A DNA stretch of 26,576 nt from a candidate division WOR-3 bacterium (GCA_027053075.1 JALUEE010000100.1:1-26576); one strand, 5' to 3'. Positions 15,996 to 26,293 are shown, numbered from the stretch's first letter. The notes: a model not told the origin generated them from the letters alone. Program-made: numbers and translations.

Positions 15996-16850
15996 TTAAA
16001 CTGCCTCCTTTCCCTCAAATTCTTTTTCTTTAACAAGGAAATCCTTGCCCTGCTTGCCCTCAATCACTGCATCGGCAATGGTCTTTGTGATCAACTTGAT
16101 TGACCGAATAGCATCATCGTTACCCGGAATAGGGTAATCTATGATCTCAGGGTCACCGTTGGTATCAACGAGGGCAACAATGGGAATTCCCAGTTTTCTT
16201 GCTTCTTTAACAGCAATATCTTCGTTTATAACATCGACAATATAAATAAGGTCTGGCAGGGTATCCATGTCCTTGATTCCACCGAGCACTTTCCTCAGTT
16301 TTTCAAGTTCCTTTTCCAGCTTTACCCTTTCCTTTTTTGGATACTGCTCAATCCTGCCATCCTCCATCATCCTTTCGAGGTCCTTCATCCTCTCAATGCG
16401 TGTCTTGATAGTCTCGAAGTTGGTGAGTAATCCGCCAAGCCACCTTTCCACAATGTAAAATGCACCGCATCTTTCGGCCTCTTCTCTCACAACGTCCTTG
16501 CCCTGTTTCTTTGTGCAAACGAAAAGTATCTTCCCGTCATTGGCGGCAACCTCTCTCACCTTGTCGTAGGCCTTTTCAAGCATCTCGAGGGTTTTCCTGA
16601 GGTCAATGATGTGGATTCCCTGTCTCTCGGTGAATATGTACTGTCTCATCTTGGGGTTCCATCTTCTCTTCTTGTGGCCAAAATGGACACCCGCCTCGAG
16701 TAGCGCCTTAATGTCAACGTTTATAGATGATGCCTTGGGTTTCTCTTCTGTTTTCTCTTCAGGAGTGCTCTCTACAGGCTTTTTCTCCTCATCCTGTGGA
16801 GCATCAACGTTTGGAGTATTGTGGAGATTTTCTTCTCTTGCTCTTTCCAT
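15996..16850 (-). CDS. rpsB: 30S ribosomal protein S2 with an acidic N-terminal extension (start uncertain)
   Basis: [10 protein letters not shown]...[26 protein letters not shown]. The only canonical in-frame start ahead of the core is the ATG at 16850, inside rpsI. Confidence 0.95.
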   Translation of the reverse strand: MERAREENLHNTPNVDAPQDEEKKPVESTPEEKTEEKPKASSINVDIKALLEAGVHFGHKKRRWNPKMRQYIFTERQGIHIIDLRKTLEMLEKAYDKVREVAANDGKILFVCTKKQGKDVVREEAERCGAFYIVERWLGGLLTNFETIKTRIERMKDLERMMEDGRIEQYPKKERVKLEKELEKLRKVLGGIKDMDTLPDLIYIVDVINEDIAVKEARKLGIPIVALVDTNGDPEIIDYPIPGNDDAIRSIKLITKTIADAVIEGKQGKDFLVKEKEFEGKEAV

Positions 16851-17202
16851 ACTTCATTCTCTCCTTTTCTCTTGGGTCTCTGGAAAGCATACCATACTTT
16901 TTGAGCGTAGGTTTTAAAGTTTCATCGTACTGGAAAAGTGCTCTTGCAATAGCATGTCTCAGTGCACCTGCCTGACCTGACAGACCGCCACCTTCGATTT
17001 TCGCGATCACAGCAAATTTCCCTTCGAGCCCTGTGACCTTCAGTGGCTCAAGGGCATGAATAATGAGGTCCTCACGTCCGAAATAGGTTTTTAGGTCCTT
17101 TCCATTGACTATTGTGATGGGCTTGACCCCTTCCTTTAGTCTTATACGGGCAACTGCCCTTTTACGGGAACCTGTTGCAAAAATGATTTTTGGTCCCTCC
17201 AT
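16804..17202 (-). CDS. rpsI: 30S ribosomal protein S9
   Basis: [31 protein letters not shown]...PQYSKR. AGGAGGT SD 5 nt before the ATG at 17202. Confidence 0.98.
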   Translation of the reverse strand: MEGPKIIFATGSRKRAVARIRLKEGVKPITIVNGKDLKTYFGREDLIIHALEPLKVTGLEGKFAVIAKIEGGGLSGQAGALRHAIARALFQYDETLKPTLKKYGMLSRDPREKERMKYGKSKRRKSPQYSKR

Positions 17203-17212
17203 CAATTACCTC

Positions 17213-17653
17213 CTAATTAAAGCTGTTTATATCAAAGACTTCCGGCTTCTGAGCCTGATGCGGATGCTCGGGGCCGGTATAAACCTTTAATCTCTTGAGC
17301 ATTTTTCTTCCTAACCTGTTTTTGGGGAGCATCCTTCTGACAGCGAGTCTTACAAGAGCAGCAGGATTCTTCTGGAAAATCTCACGAGCCGTCCGAGCCT
17401 TGAGCCCACCAGGATAGAACGAGTGCCTGTAATACACTTTCTGGTCCCACTTTTTACCAGTGAGCTTCACTTTGTCCGCATTAATCACGATAACAAAATC
17501 ACCTGTGTCGATATGGGGCGTGTAAATACTCTTTCTCTTCCCCTGAAGCAGAAGGGCAATTTTTGAAGCAAGACGCCCCAGACTCTGGTCTGTAGCATCA
17601 ACTATCAGCCATCTTCTCTCAATTTGATCAGGTTTCGGCAAAAAAGTCTTCAT
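17213..17653 (-). CDS. rplM: 50S ribosomal protein L13
   Basis: WLIVDA...[30 protein letters not shown]. Start set at MKTF (17653) because GGAGGAG lies just upstream. Confidence 0.98.
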   Translation of the reverse strand: MKTFLPKPDQIERRWLIVDATDQSLGRLASKIALLLQGKRKSIYTPHIDTGDFVIVINADKVKLTGKKWDQKVYYRHSFYPGGLKARTAREIFQKNPAALVRLAVRRMLPKNRLGRKMLKRLKVYTGPEHPHQAQKPEVFDINSFN

Positions 17654-17686
17654 AGTATAATTCTCCTCCATAATATTGGGAAACTT

Positions 17687-17715
17687 ATATTACTCCAACA
17701 AATCTACAAAGTCAA
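17687..17715 (-). promoter_or_regulatory. Sigma70 promoter of the rplM operon
   Basis: Minus strand: TTGACT (17715-17710), 17 nt, TAATAT (17692-17687). Confidence 0.65.
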
Positions 17716-17791
17716 CCTCAAAAGACGGTTTCTATTATAATGTAAACTCGTGGTTTATGAAAGACGGACGGAGCAAGCGTGGTTCGAAATT

Positions 17792-17834
17792 CCTTCCCCA
17801 CGCACGAAGTGCGTGGGGAAGGTTAGGAGGGGGG
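17792..17834 (-). repeat. REP-like palindromic repeat copy (same family as 190-388)
   Basis: 14-bp stem CCTTCCCCACGCAC (17792-17805), loop GAA, GTGCGTGGGGAAGG (17809-17822), then a purine tail TTAGGAGGGGGG. Confidence 0.8.
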
Positions 17835-17952
17835 ATTTTCGAACAATCTTATTAAGCATAAAATTCTGGGGCTTGATTTTTCGTAATTTTTCGGGATTTT
17901 TATTCGTGTGTTTTGATTTATACTTAAAAAACTAAATCACAGGAGGTTAAAA

Positions 17953-18609
17953 ATGAAGTTATTCATCGACACTGCCGACTTAAAAGAGATCAGAGAAATT
18001 GCCAGCTGGGGTATAGTGGAAGGAGCTACAACCAACCCAACTCTTCTTTCCAAGCAGGAAGGACATCCCCATGATATTCTTCGTGAAATTTGTGAGATTG
18101 TTAAAGGTCCGGTTTCTGCCGAAGTGGTTTCACAAGACCATGAGGGCATGGTGAGGGAGGCGCGCGAGCTTGCAAAAATTCATGAGCATATAGTCATTAA
18201 AATTCCATTCGGTATCGAGGGTTTGAAGGCGGTAAAACAGCTCTCAGGTGAGGGTATTAAAACAAACGTTACCCTCGTTTTCTCACCTTCACAGGCACTT
18301 CTTGCTGCAAGAGCGGGCGCAAATTACATTTCTCCCTTTGTTGGACGACTCGACGATATTTCAAACGATGGCATGGAAATTGTGGCTCAAATTGTGGAGA
18401 TTTTTAATAACTATCCCGATATCGAGACAGAAGTTATTGTCGCCTCAATAAGGCATCCAATGCACGTGGTAGAGGCCGCGCTCCTTGGTGCTCCCATTGC
18501 AACCATTCCCCCCAAGGTTTTCAGACAGATGGTAAAACATCCTTTAACCGACATTGGCATTGAAAGATTTCTAAAGGACTGGGAGAAGGTCAAGGACAGA
18601 ATGAAATAG
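17953..18609 (+). CDS. fsa: Transaldolase / fructose-6-phosphate aldolase (short MipB/TalC type)
   Basis: [52 protein letters not shown]. Confidence 0.95.
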   Translation: MKLFIDTADLKEIREIASWGIVEGATTNPTLLSKQEGHPHDILREICEIVKGPVSAEVVSQDHEGMVREARELAKIHEHIVIKIPFGIEGLKAVKQLSGEGIKTNVTLVFSPSQALLAARAGANYISPFVGRLDDISNDGMEIVAQIVEIFNNYPDIETEVIVASIRHPMHVVEAALLGAPIATIPPKVFRQMVKHPLTDIGIERFLKDWEKVKDRMK

Positions 18610-18621
18610 CAGGGGGATTTT

Positions 18622-19989
18622 ATGAGAAAAATCTTAGTATTTTCATTGATTTTTGCTTTAGGTTTTTCTTTTGCGGAAAATCTTGAAAATTCAAGGAGAA
18701 CGGCAATTGTCAGGGCCGCTGAAAGAGTGGGCCCCTCTGTTGTTTCCATTTCCGTTCTATCTCACAGGGTGGTGGCAGCAAGCCCGTTTTCCGGCTCCTT
18801 CTGGGGAGATTTCTGGCGGGATTTCTTTCCACCTGAGTATTTCAAGGAAGAAGTTAAATCCCTCGGGTCCGGAATCATTTTTGATAAACGTGGATACATT
18901 CTGACAAATCAACACGTTGTGGAAAATGCAGAGATTATAAAAGTTACACTCCCAGATGGTCGCACTTTTGACGGAAAGCTCATCGGCGCAAGCGAAAAGC
19001 TGGACGTGGCTGTGGTTAAAATTGAAGGCAAGAATCTACCGGTGGCTCCCATTGGTAACTCCGATACACTTTTTATAGGAGAATGGGCAATTGCCATCGG
19101 AAATCCGCTTGGATTTCTTCTTGAGGACCTCCAGCCAACGGTTACCGTCGGCGTGATTTCTGCTGTCCACAGAACTATCAAGGTCCAGGAGCAAAACAGG
19201 CTATACCGTGATATGATTCAAACGGATGCTGCAATAAATCCGGGCAATTCCGGAGGTCCCCTCGTCAACAGTCTCGGGGAAGTCATTGGAATAAATACAT
19301 TTATATTCTCCAAATCCGGCGGTTCAGAGGGCATGGGGTTTGCTATTCCTATCAATACGGCAATGAAAATCGCCCGCGAGCTTATAAAATACGGTAAGGT
19401 TCGAGAGGGTTACATAGGTGTCTATGTTCAAAATCTTACCCCTGACCTTAAAAAAGCTCTTGGTTATAAAAAACTTTACGGTGTCCTGATCTCCTCAATT
19501 GACCCCGAGAGCCCTGTAAAGAAAAGGCTTCAGGAAAGCGACATTGTTGAAAAAATCAACGGCAGGTACCTTTACAACGTTGGTGACTGGGAGGATTTCA
19601 CATACGCTCTGGTTCCAGGTGATACGCTGAGGATGACGGTATTCCGAGATGGAAAAGAATTCACTGTAAAAGCAGTGGCAATTGAAATTTCTGAGAAAGG
19701 TGAATTTATAAAGGACCTCGGGCTCACAGTTGCGAAAATCACCCCCTACTTTATCCACAGGTTGAATCTCACTACAAGCGAAGGGCTTGTGATACTCAAG
19801 GTAAAACCCGGGTCTGCTGCCGACCGTATAGGTCTTCAGCGCGGGGATGTTTTACTTGCAATCAATGGTGTAAAGATTGAGAAAAAATCCGATATCTTTA
19901 AAGGATTGAAAAAGGCGAGGAAAAGGGGTATCCTCAACCTTGTAATTAACCGCCACGGTAGCATTTACCAGGCGACTTTCGGGTATTAG
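18622..19989 (+). CDS. DegP/HtrA (Do family) serine protease with signal peptide and two PDZ domains
   Basis: LGSGII, LTNQHVV, DVAVVKI, IQTDAAINPGNSGGPL. N-terminal signal peptide. Confidence 0.95.
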   Translation: MRKILVFSLIFALGFSFAENLENSRRTAIVRAAERVGPSVVSISVLSHRVVAASPFSGSFWGDFWRDFFPPEYFKEEVKSLGSGIIFDKRGYILTNQHVVENAEIIKVTLPDGRTFDGKLIGASEKLDVAVVKIEGKNLPVAPIGNSDTLFIGEWAIAIGNPLGFLLEDLQPTVTVGVISAVHRTIKVQEQNRLYRDMIQTDAAINPGNSGGPLVNSLGEVIGINTFIFSKSGGSEGMGFAIPINTAMKIARELIKYGKVREGYIGVYVQNLTPDLKKALGYKKLYGVLISSIDPESPVKKRLQESDIVEKINGRYLYNVGDWEDFTYALVPGDTLRMTVFRDGKEFTVKAVAIEISEKGEFIKDLGLTVAKITPYFIHRLNLTTSEGLVILKVKPGSAADRIGLQRGDVLLAINGVKIEKKSDIFKGLKKARKRGILNLVINRHGSIYQATFGY

Positions 19990-19991
19990 TT

Positions 19992-20822
19992 ATGGATGAC
20001 AAAAAGGTCAAAATAAAAGTAGGTCTCACAATCCTTGTGGGACTCGTTATCCTGATCCTGGGTTATTATTGGCTCAGGAACTTTCAGTTTCGCAAGGAAT
20101 ACCATTTTTACCGGGTTAAATTTTCGAAGATAGGGTGGGTAAACAAGGGAGATCTTGTAACGGTGATGGGGGTGCCAAAAGGCAGGATCGAGGACATTCA
20201 GCTTTACGGGGACAGTGTGATCATAGTTGCCAGACTCGAAGGTATTAGACTCCGTAGGGGAGCCACTGCAACACTGGTAAGTCTTGGAATCATAGGTCAG
20301 ATGAGACTCTCCTTTACCCTTGGCGATGGGCCTCCATTACCCGATTATTCCACAATTATTGGACACACACAAAAAGACATGGGAGAGGTGGTTTCTGAGA
20401 TGGGAGAGCTTCTCGCCTCGTCAGATTCAGTTATTGCCTATGGTATTAAACTTATGAGCCAGACCTCATCAGTGCTAAAGGTGGCATCCGAGAAGATTGT
20501 CGAAACTTCAAACAGAACCGACAGTTTAATTGACGCATTAACTGGACTCATGGTGGATTTGAGGGGTGTTGTGAAAGACCTCTCTCCTCAGGTGAAAAAA
20601 TCAATTGCAAGCGCTGATTCTACATCTAAAAACCTCAATAAACTTATCACTGACCTCGATTCTCTCACAATTGTCATGCTAAAAAGTGAAGGAACACTTG
20701 GTAAACTTATTCAAAACGATTCCCTCTACTATTCCATGGATTCTACTCTGAGGTCGTTAAAGGCTCTCCTCGAAGACATAAAGGCTCATCCGAAGAAGTA
20801 TGTCCAGATCAAAATCTTCTAA
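19992..20822 (+). CDS. MlaD/MCE family protein
   Basis: N-terminal TM anchor, VTVMGVPKGRIEDI MCE motif, helical region, GTLGKLIQNDSLY...LLEDIKAHPKKY tail. Confidence 0.9.
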   Translation: MDDKKVKIKVGLTILVGLVILILGYYWLRNFQFRKEYHFYRVKFSKIGWVNKGDLVTVMGVPKGRIEDIQLYGDSVIIVARLEGIRLRRGATATLVSLGIIGQMRLSFTLGDGPPLPDYSTIIGHTQKDMGEVVSEMGELLASSDSVIAYGIKLMSQTSSVLKVASEKIVETSNRTDSLIDALTGLMVDLRGVVKDLSPQVKKSIASADSTSKNLNKLITDLDSLTIVMLKSEGTLGKLIQNDSLYYSMDSTLRSLKALLEDIKAHPKKYVQIKIF

Positions 20823-22164
20823 AAAGACAAAATTCGTGTGCTCCAACTGCGGGTATGAAAGCCCCAAATGGCTCGGCAAATGTCCAAACTGTGGAGCATG
20901 GAACTCATTTGTCGAAGTGCCAGTTGAAGACAGTAAGAAGGGATGGCTTGTTGAAAAAAGTGGTGTCGAGCTTAAGAAACTGTCCGAAGTTATGTCCATC
21001 AGAAGGGAGAGAATCCCTGTGGGCATCGGTGAAGTGGACCGGGTGCTCGGTGGGGGTATTGTTCCTGGCTCACTGATTCTCATTGGGGGTGACCCTGGAA
21101 TTGGGAAATCCACACTCCTGCTTCAGATAGCAGGGAAACTTGCTCAAAGCGGGAAGAAGATACTGTATGTCACAGCTGAGGAATCACTTGAGCAGGTAGG
21201 GGACCGTGCAAAAAGATTAGGTGTGGAAAGCGATAATATCTACGTACTTGCCGAATCAGAGATGAAGACCATTATCCAGCAGATTGAGGAGGTTTCACCA
21301 GACATCCTTTTCGTGGATTCCATTCAAACTGTTTATCATCCTGATTTAACTTCTGCCCCTGGCTCTGTTTCTCAGGTGAGGGAGTGTGCGGCGGAATTTA
21401 TGAGGCTTGCAAAATCCCGGAATATTGCAACATTCCTCGTGGGACATGTGACGAAAGATGGCTCTCTCGCTGGCCCGCGTACGCTCGAGCACATGGTAGA
21501 TGCCGTAATTTACCTTGAAGGTGAAAGGCAGATGGGGCTTAGAATCCTGAGGAGCGTAAAAAACCGTTTCGGCTCCACCAACGAAATTGGTGTTTTCGAG
21601 ATGGAGGAAAATGGCCTTGTCGAGGTAACCAATCCGAGCTCCCACTTTCTCACACATTCAGATGAAAAAAGGATAGGCGTGGCAGTTATAGCACTTCTTG
21701 AAGGTGTGCGTCCCCTTCTTGTGGAGGTCCAGGCACTTGTTGCGCCATCCACGTTTGGTGTCCCTCAGCGAAATACAACGGGATTTGACCCCCGCAGACT
21801 CTCCATGATTCTTGCGGTTCTCGAAATAATAACGGGCTACTCCTTGAGAAATTCCGATATTTTTGTTAACATAACAGGAGGGCTGAAAATAACGGAGAGT
21901 GGTGGCGACCTGGGAATTGCGATGTCCATTGTTTCTGCCTTCCGCAGAGTCCCACTGCCACCAAAAACAATTTTTATTGGAGAAATTGGACTGGGAGGTG
22001 AGATCAGACACGTAAAGGGCATTGATAGAAGGATCAACGAAGCCGAACGCCTTGGCTTAGAAAAGGCGTATATTCCTGTGACCGCTCATAAGCTACAGGG
22101 AAGCAAATTGGAAATAGTAAAAGTAAAAAATATAGAGGAGGCGATTCAACTATGCGTTGGTTGA
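20800..22164 (+). CDS. radA: DNA repair protein RadA/Sms
   Basis: CSNC...CPNC zinc finger, GDPGIGKST, KNRFG motif, Lon-like C-terminus. Confidence 0.98.
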   Translation: MSRSKSSKKTKFVCSNCGYESPKWLGKCPNCGAWNSFVEVPVEDSKKGWLVEKSGVELKKLSEVMSIRRERIPVGIGEVDRVLGGGIVPGSLILIGGDPGIGKSTLLLQIAGKLAQSGKKILYVTAEESLEQVGDRAKRLGVESDNIYVLAESEMKTIIQQIEEVSPDILFVDSIQTVYHPDLTSAPGSVSQVRECAAEFMRLAKSRNIATFLVGHVTKDGSLAGPRTLEHMVDAVIYLEGERQMGLRILRSVKNRFGSTNEIGVFEMEENGLVEVTNPSSHFLTHSDEKRIGVAVIALLEGVRPLLVEVQALVAPSTFGVPQRNTTGFDPRRLSMILAVLEIITGYSLRNSDIFVNITGGLKITESGGDLGIAMSIVSAFRRVPLPPKTIFIGEIGLGGEIRHVKGIDRRINEAERLGLEKAYIPVTAHKLQGSKLEIVKVKNIEEAIQLCVG

Positions 22165-23192
22165 CGACGATCAGATTGCTGTTTTTTGTTATATTCACGG
22201 TGCTTGTTTCCGAGATAATAATCAGGCTTGGATATGGCTTGCTCGTTGGCTTGATAGGAGGCCTTGTCACAGCAGCCGCTCTGCTGGGACTCGAATATTT
22301 TATTGTTAGAAAAAGGTCAAGAGATGTACTTGCTCTTTTTGCAGGTATTACGGTGGCTTTAGTCACGGCCAACCTGCTGGCTTTCTTTGTAACAAAAATT
22401 GATATCCTTGCAAGCGTCAAGCCTTATGTTTACATTCTTTTTAACATCCTGATACTTTATCTCTTTGGCAGTTTTGCCTATCACAAAAAAGATGAGCTTA
22501 AGTTTTTGGACATCTTTTATCACAAAAAGGGATACTCGAAGGGACGTGTTCCACCCAAAATTGTTGACACGAGCGTGATAATTGATGGCCGTATCCTTGG
22601 CATTGCCAAAACAGGATTTCTTGAGGGAGAGGTGATTGTTCCGAAGTTTGTTCTTCGTGAACTCCAGCATATTGCCGATGCTAAGGATCATGCAAAGAGG
22701 ACCAAAGGGAGAAGAGGGCTTGATGTTTTGAAGGAATTGCAGCAGCTTCCAGATTTTCACCTGATTATTTCATCTGAAGACGTGCCGAGAGTCAAAGAGG
22801 TTGACCACAAGCTTATTGAGCTTGCCAAGAGAAAAAAGGCAAAGATTCTGACAATTGACTACAACCTCAAAAAATTGGCTGACATAGAGGGCGTTCGGGT
22901 TCTGAATATCAACGAGCTCTCGAAGGAACTTAAGCCTATCCTGGTGCCTGGGGATATAATTCATGTCAAAGTCCTGAAACAGGGTAAAGAGGAAGACCAG
23001 GGTATCGGTTACCTTGAGGATGGCACCATGGTTGTGGTAGAGAACGGCGTGGATTATATTGGCGAGGAGCTTGAATGCTCCGTGATTTCGGTTTTGCAGA
23101 CAGATGCTGGAAGGATGATTTTTGCAAAACCGAAGAGAGTTCTGCAAAAGAAAAACAATGAGCATCACCACCATCAGAGTAATCACAGATAA
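22152..23192 (+). CDS. Membrane-anchored PIN/TRAM domain protein (YacL-like)
   Basis: N-terminal TMs, VDTSVIIDGRI, ELQHIAD...GRRGLDVL, GKEEDQGIGYLEDGTMVVVE, QTDAGRMIFA. Confidence 0.92.
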   Translation: MRWLTTIRLLFFVIFTVLVSEIIIRLGYGLLVGLIGGLVTAAALLGLEYFIVRKRSRDVLALFAGITVALVTANLLAFFVTKIDILASVKPYVYILFNILILYLFGSFAYHKKDELKFLDIFYHKKGYSKGRVPPKIVDTSVIIDGRILGIAKTGFLEGEVIVPKFVLRELQHIADAKDHAKRTKGRRGLDVLKELQQLPDFHLIISSEDVPRVKEVDHKLIELAKRKKAKILTIDYNLKKLADIEGVRVLNINELSKELKPILVPGDIIHVKVLKQGKEEDQGIGYLEDGTMVVVENGVDYIGEELECSVISVLQTDAGRMIFAKPKRVLQKKNNEHHHHQSNHR

Positions 23193-24000
23193 TTACGTTT
23201 TTGGTGGAGATTTCAGGGCAGAGCATGGATTTTCTGCCCTTGTAGAGCATAATGGCAAGAGGATAATCTTTGATTTCGGGAAGACACCGGAAGTTTTCAG
23301 ATTTAACTTTTCCCAGATTGGGGTGAGTGCAGACGAGATTGATGTTGGGGTAATAAGTCATGGGCATTATGATCATACGGGCGGGGTGGCGGAGCTTTTA
23401 AAGCTCCGCCACCCCGCCCTCCCCATTTTCGCACATCCCGAAATTTTCTCCAACCGATTTGCCCTCGACCCTGATGGTAATCTCCCCTACATCGGCATGT
23501 ACTGGTCAAAACAGTATCTTGAAGGTCTCGGAGCCGATTTTCGTTTTACCACGGAGCCTGTTGAGATTTTTGAAGATGTCTGGTTCTCCGGTGAAATTCC
23601 CCGTGACCTCGGCTTTGAAGGCCGCTCTCCAAGATTCAGGGTTGAGGTGGATGGCTTTATGATGGAGGATATCATCCCCGATGACGCTTCTCTTTTCGTT
23701 AAAACAGATGAGGGACTTGTTATAGTAGTGGGATGCTGCCATTCCGGGTTACTCAATACCATTGATTATGCGATCAGGATTACTGGAGAGGGGAGGATTA
23801 GACTTGTTATCGGCGGCACCCATCTCTCGGGATACCCACCCGAAAAACTTCATGAACTATTTAGAAAACTTGAAGAGTACGAGGTGGAAGAATTTCGACT
23901 CTCTCACTGCACAGGTCTCGTCCCCTTTGCCGAGCTCTACAAAAGATACCCTGATAAAACAAAACCCACCAGAGCGGGAGAAGTGATTCAAATTGGCTGA
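23158..24000 (+). CDS. Metallo-beta-lactamase-fold hydrolase (COG1237-like)
   Basis: EHGFS, SHGHYDHTGG, GCCHSG, GGTH, HCTG. Start set at the ATG at 23158. Confidence 0.9.
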   Translation: MSITTIRVITDNYVFGGDFRAEHGFSALVEHNGKRIIFDFGKTPEVFRFNFSQIGVSADEIDVGVISHGHYDHTGGVAELLKLRHPALPIFAHPEIFSNRFALDPDGNLPYIGMYWSKQYLEGLGADFRFTTEPVEIFEDVWFSGEIPRDLGFEGRSPRFRVEVDGFMMEDIIPDDASLFVKTDEGLVIVVGCCHSGLLNTIDYAIRITGEGRIRLVIGGTHLSGYPPEKLHELFRKLEEYEVEEFRLSHCTGLVPFAELYKRYPDKTKPTRAGEVIQIG

Positions 24001-24901
24001 TCTTTCCATTGAAATCGCTGGAGTTAAATTTAAAAACCCTGTTCTTACAGCATCTGGCACCTTTGGATATGGGACCGAGCTGAAGGATTCGCTCCCTCTT
24101 GAAAAGCTTGGGGGTATTGTTTCCAAAGGATTAACCATCAAGCCGAAAGTGGGAAATCCACCTCAGAGGCTGATTGAGACCCCATGTGGACTCATTAACT
24201 CCATTGGACTTGAAAATATGGGTATCAGGGAGTTTGTGAAAACCAAACTGCCAGAGCTTAAGGAATTGGGTGTCAGAGTAATTGCCAACATTTCAGGGGA
24301 TACGGAGGCAGAATACCTTGAAGCTGTGGAAATAGCCGATGACGCTGAAGGGATTGATGCCATTGAGCTCAATGTTTCCTGCCCCAACGTTGAGAAGGGT
24401 GGAATGGAGTTTGGTAGAAATCCAGGGATGCTTGAACAACTTGTCAGCGGAGTTCGAAAGAAAACACGAAAACCATTATGGGTCAAGATAACTCCAAATT
24501 TTGTGGATATAGAGGAAGAGGCAAGAGCCGCTATTAACGGGGGAGCTGATGCCATCAGTGCCGTTAACACATTGCTCGGTATGCACGTCAATGTGAGGGA
24601 GAAGAGATTTTCAATAAGCAGAAAATTTGGCGGACTTTCTGGACCTGCCATAAGGCCTGTTGCCCTTTACATCGTCTGGAAACTTGTTCAAACCGTGGAT
24701 GTGCCTGTCATTGCCATCGGTGGAATTGATTCTCTCGATGCTGCACTCCAGTTTCTTTTTGTTGGTGCCCGGGCTGTCCAGATCGGGACGGCAAATTTTG
24801 TTGATCCCCGAGTACCATTCAAAATAGTCGACGGGCTAAATAAATACCTTGATAAAGAAGGTTTTCATTCCATAAGCGAAATTATCGGCGTTCTTAATTG
24901 A
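23993..24901 (+). CDS. pyrD: Dihydroorotate dehydrogenase family 1 catalytic subunit
   Basis: ASGTFGYG, NSIGLEN, ELNVSCPNV, GGLSGPAIRP, AVQIGTANF. TTG start. Confidence 0.95.
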   Translation: MADLSIEIAGVKFKNPVLTASGTFGYGTELKDSLPLEKLGGIVSKGLTIKPKVGNPPQRLIETPCGLINSIGLENMGIREFVKTKLPELKELGVRVIANISGDTEAEYLEAVEIADDAEGIDAIELNVSCPNVEKGGMEFGRNPGMLEQLVSGVRKKTRKPLWVKITPNFVDIEEEARAAINGGADAISAVNTLLGMHVNVREKRFSISRKFGGLSGPAIRPVALYIVWKLVQTVDVPVIAIGGIDSLDAALQFLFVGARAVQIGTANFVDPRVPFKIVDGLNKYLDKEGFHSISEIIGVLN

Positions 24902-24934
24902 GCGTTTTGGATAATTCACAAAAGGAGGTGACTT

Positions 24935-26293
24935 ATGGATTATCCCTTTGAGCCTTTTAAGATTAAGTCAGTTGAACCCATTTATTTGACGACAAAAGAG
25001 GAAAGAAAAAAGATTCTGGAGGAGGCGGGCTATAATGTTTTTAACATAAAATCTAAGTATGTGACCGTAGATTTGCTGACTGATTCGGGGACGGGGAGTA
25101 TGAGTCAGTTTCAGTGGGCAGCTCTCATGCAGGGGGACGAATCCTATGCTGGGGCATCGAGTTTTGAACGATTTGAGGAGGCGGTGATGAAATACACGGG
25201 CAAGAAATACGTGATACCAACTCATCAGGGGCGAGCTGCAGAAAAGATAATCGCGCATGTTTTATTTAGTGGCCAGGATGGGCTTGTTGCAGTTTCTAAT
25301 ACCTTCTTTGACACAACTCGGGCCAATTTCCAGTTTCAGGGGGCAGAGGTAATAGACCTGCCATCACCAAAGGCAAAGGATATATTTTCCGATGAAATGT
25401 TTAAGGGTGACATTGACCTTGAGAAGTTAGAGGAAATTTTAAAAACCAGAGGTGATAGGGTTAAGCTCATTACGATGACGGTGACCAACAATACACAGGG
25501 AGGGCAGCCTGTCTCTATTGGAAATATCAAAAAAGTGCACGAACTTGCAAAAAAGTACGGGGTACTCCTTCATATTGATGCATGCAGAGTGTCTGAGAAC
25601 AGTTATTTTGTTAAAAAATACGAGCCCGGTTATGAGGAGAAATCCATACATGAAATTGTGAGGGAAACACTTTCTTACGCGGACATTGTGACCATGAGTG
25701 CCAAAAAGGATGGTCTTGTGAATATTGGTGGATATATTGCGACGGACGATGAAGGGCTTGCACTGAAGTTTAAGGAGATGCTTATACTGTGGGAGGGATT
25801 TCCCACTTATGGTGGTCTTGCCGGGCGAGACCTTGAGGCTATCGCTGTGGGATTGATGGAATCTCTTGACGAAAGCTATCTCGAGTACAGGGTAAGGCAG
25901 GTAAGATACCTTGGCGAAGGGTTTAAAAAGGCGGGAATCCCTGTAATGTGGCCAACAGGTGGACATGCAGTTTATGTGGAGGCCTCTCGGTTTTTGCCGC
26001 ATATCAAAAAGGAGAACTTCCCTGCCCAGGCCCTTGTGGTAGCTTTGTATTTAGAAGGGGGGATAAGAGCCGTTGAGATCGGGTCACTCATGTTTGGCAA
26101 GGATAAGGAGGTTGAGCACGAATTTGTAAGGTTTGCCATCCCGAGGAGAGTATACACGAGGTCACACATGGATTATGTGATCGAGGTGATGAGGAAATTG
26201 AGGGACGAAAAAGCGCATATAAAGGGTCTTGAGATAGTTTATGAACCTCCGTATTTGAGGCATTTTCTTGCGAGATTAAAGCCTGTGGATTGA
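24935..26293 (+). CDS. tnaA: Tryptophanase (beta-eliminating lyase)
   Basis: DLLTDSGT, GDESYAG, THQGRAAE, MSAKKD (PLP Lys), EGFPTYGG. The C-terminal LRHF is the tryptophanase form; tyrosine phenol-lyase has LRFF. AAGGAGG SD. Confidence 0.88.
   Translation: MDYPFEPFKIKSVEPIYLTTKEERKKILEEAGYNVFNIKSKYVTVDLLTDSGTGSMSQFQWAALMQGDESYAGASSFERFEEAVMKYTGKKYVIPTHQGRAAEKIIAHVLFSGQDGLVAVSNTFFDTTRANFQFQGAEVIDLPSPKAKDIFSDEMFKGDIDLEKLEEILKTRGDRVKLITMTVTNNTQGGQPVSIGNIKKVHELAKKYGVLLHIDACRVSENSYFVKKYEPGYEEKSIHEIVRETLSYADIVTMSAKKDGLVNIGGYIATDDEGLALKFKEMLILWEGFPTYGGLAGRDLEAIAVGLMESLDESYLEYRVRQVRYLGEGFKKAGIPVMWPTGGHAVYVEASRFLPHIKKENFPAQALVVALYLEGGIRAVEIGSLMFGKDKEVEHEFVRFAIPRRVYTRSHMDYVIEVMRKLRDEKAHIKGLEIVYEPPYLRHFLARLKPVD

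Noticed and set aside
17749..17805. tRNA-like sequence (GGTTCGAAATTCC) and the 61-aa ORF at 17750
   Set aside because: No cloverleaf can be built. The region is explained by the palindromic repeat and the divergent promoters.
23158..23192. His-rich metal-binding tail (HHHHQSNHR) on the PIN/TRAM protein
   Set aside because: It arises from the 35-nt overlap with the next gene's start (MSITTIR) and is probably a by-product.
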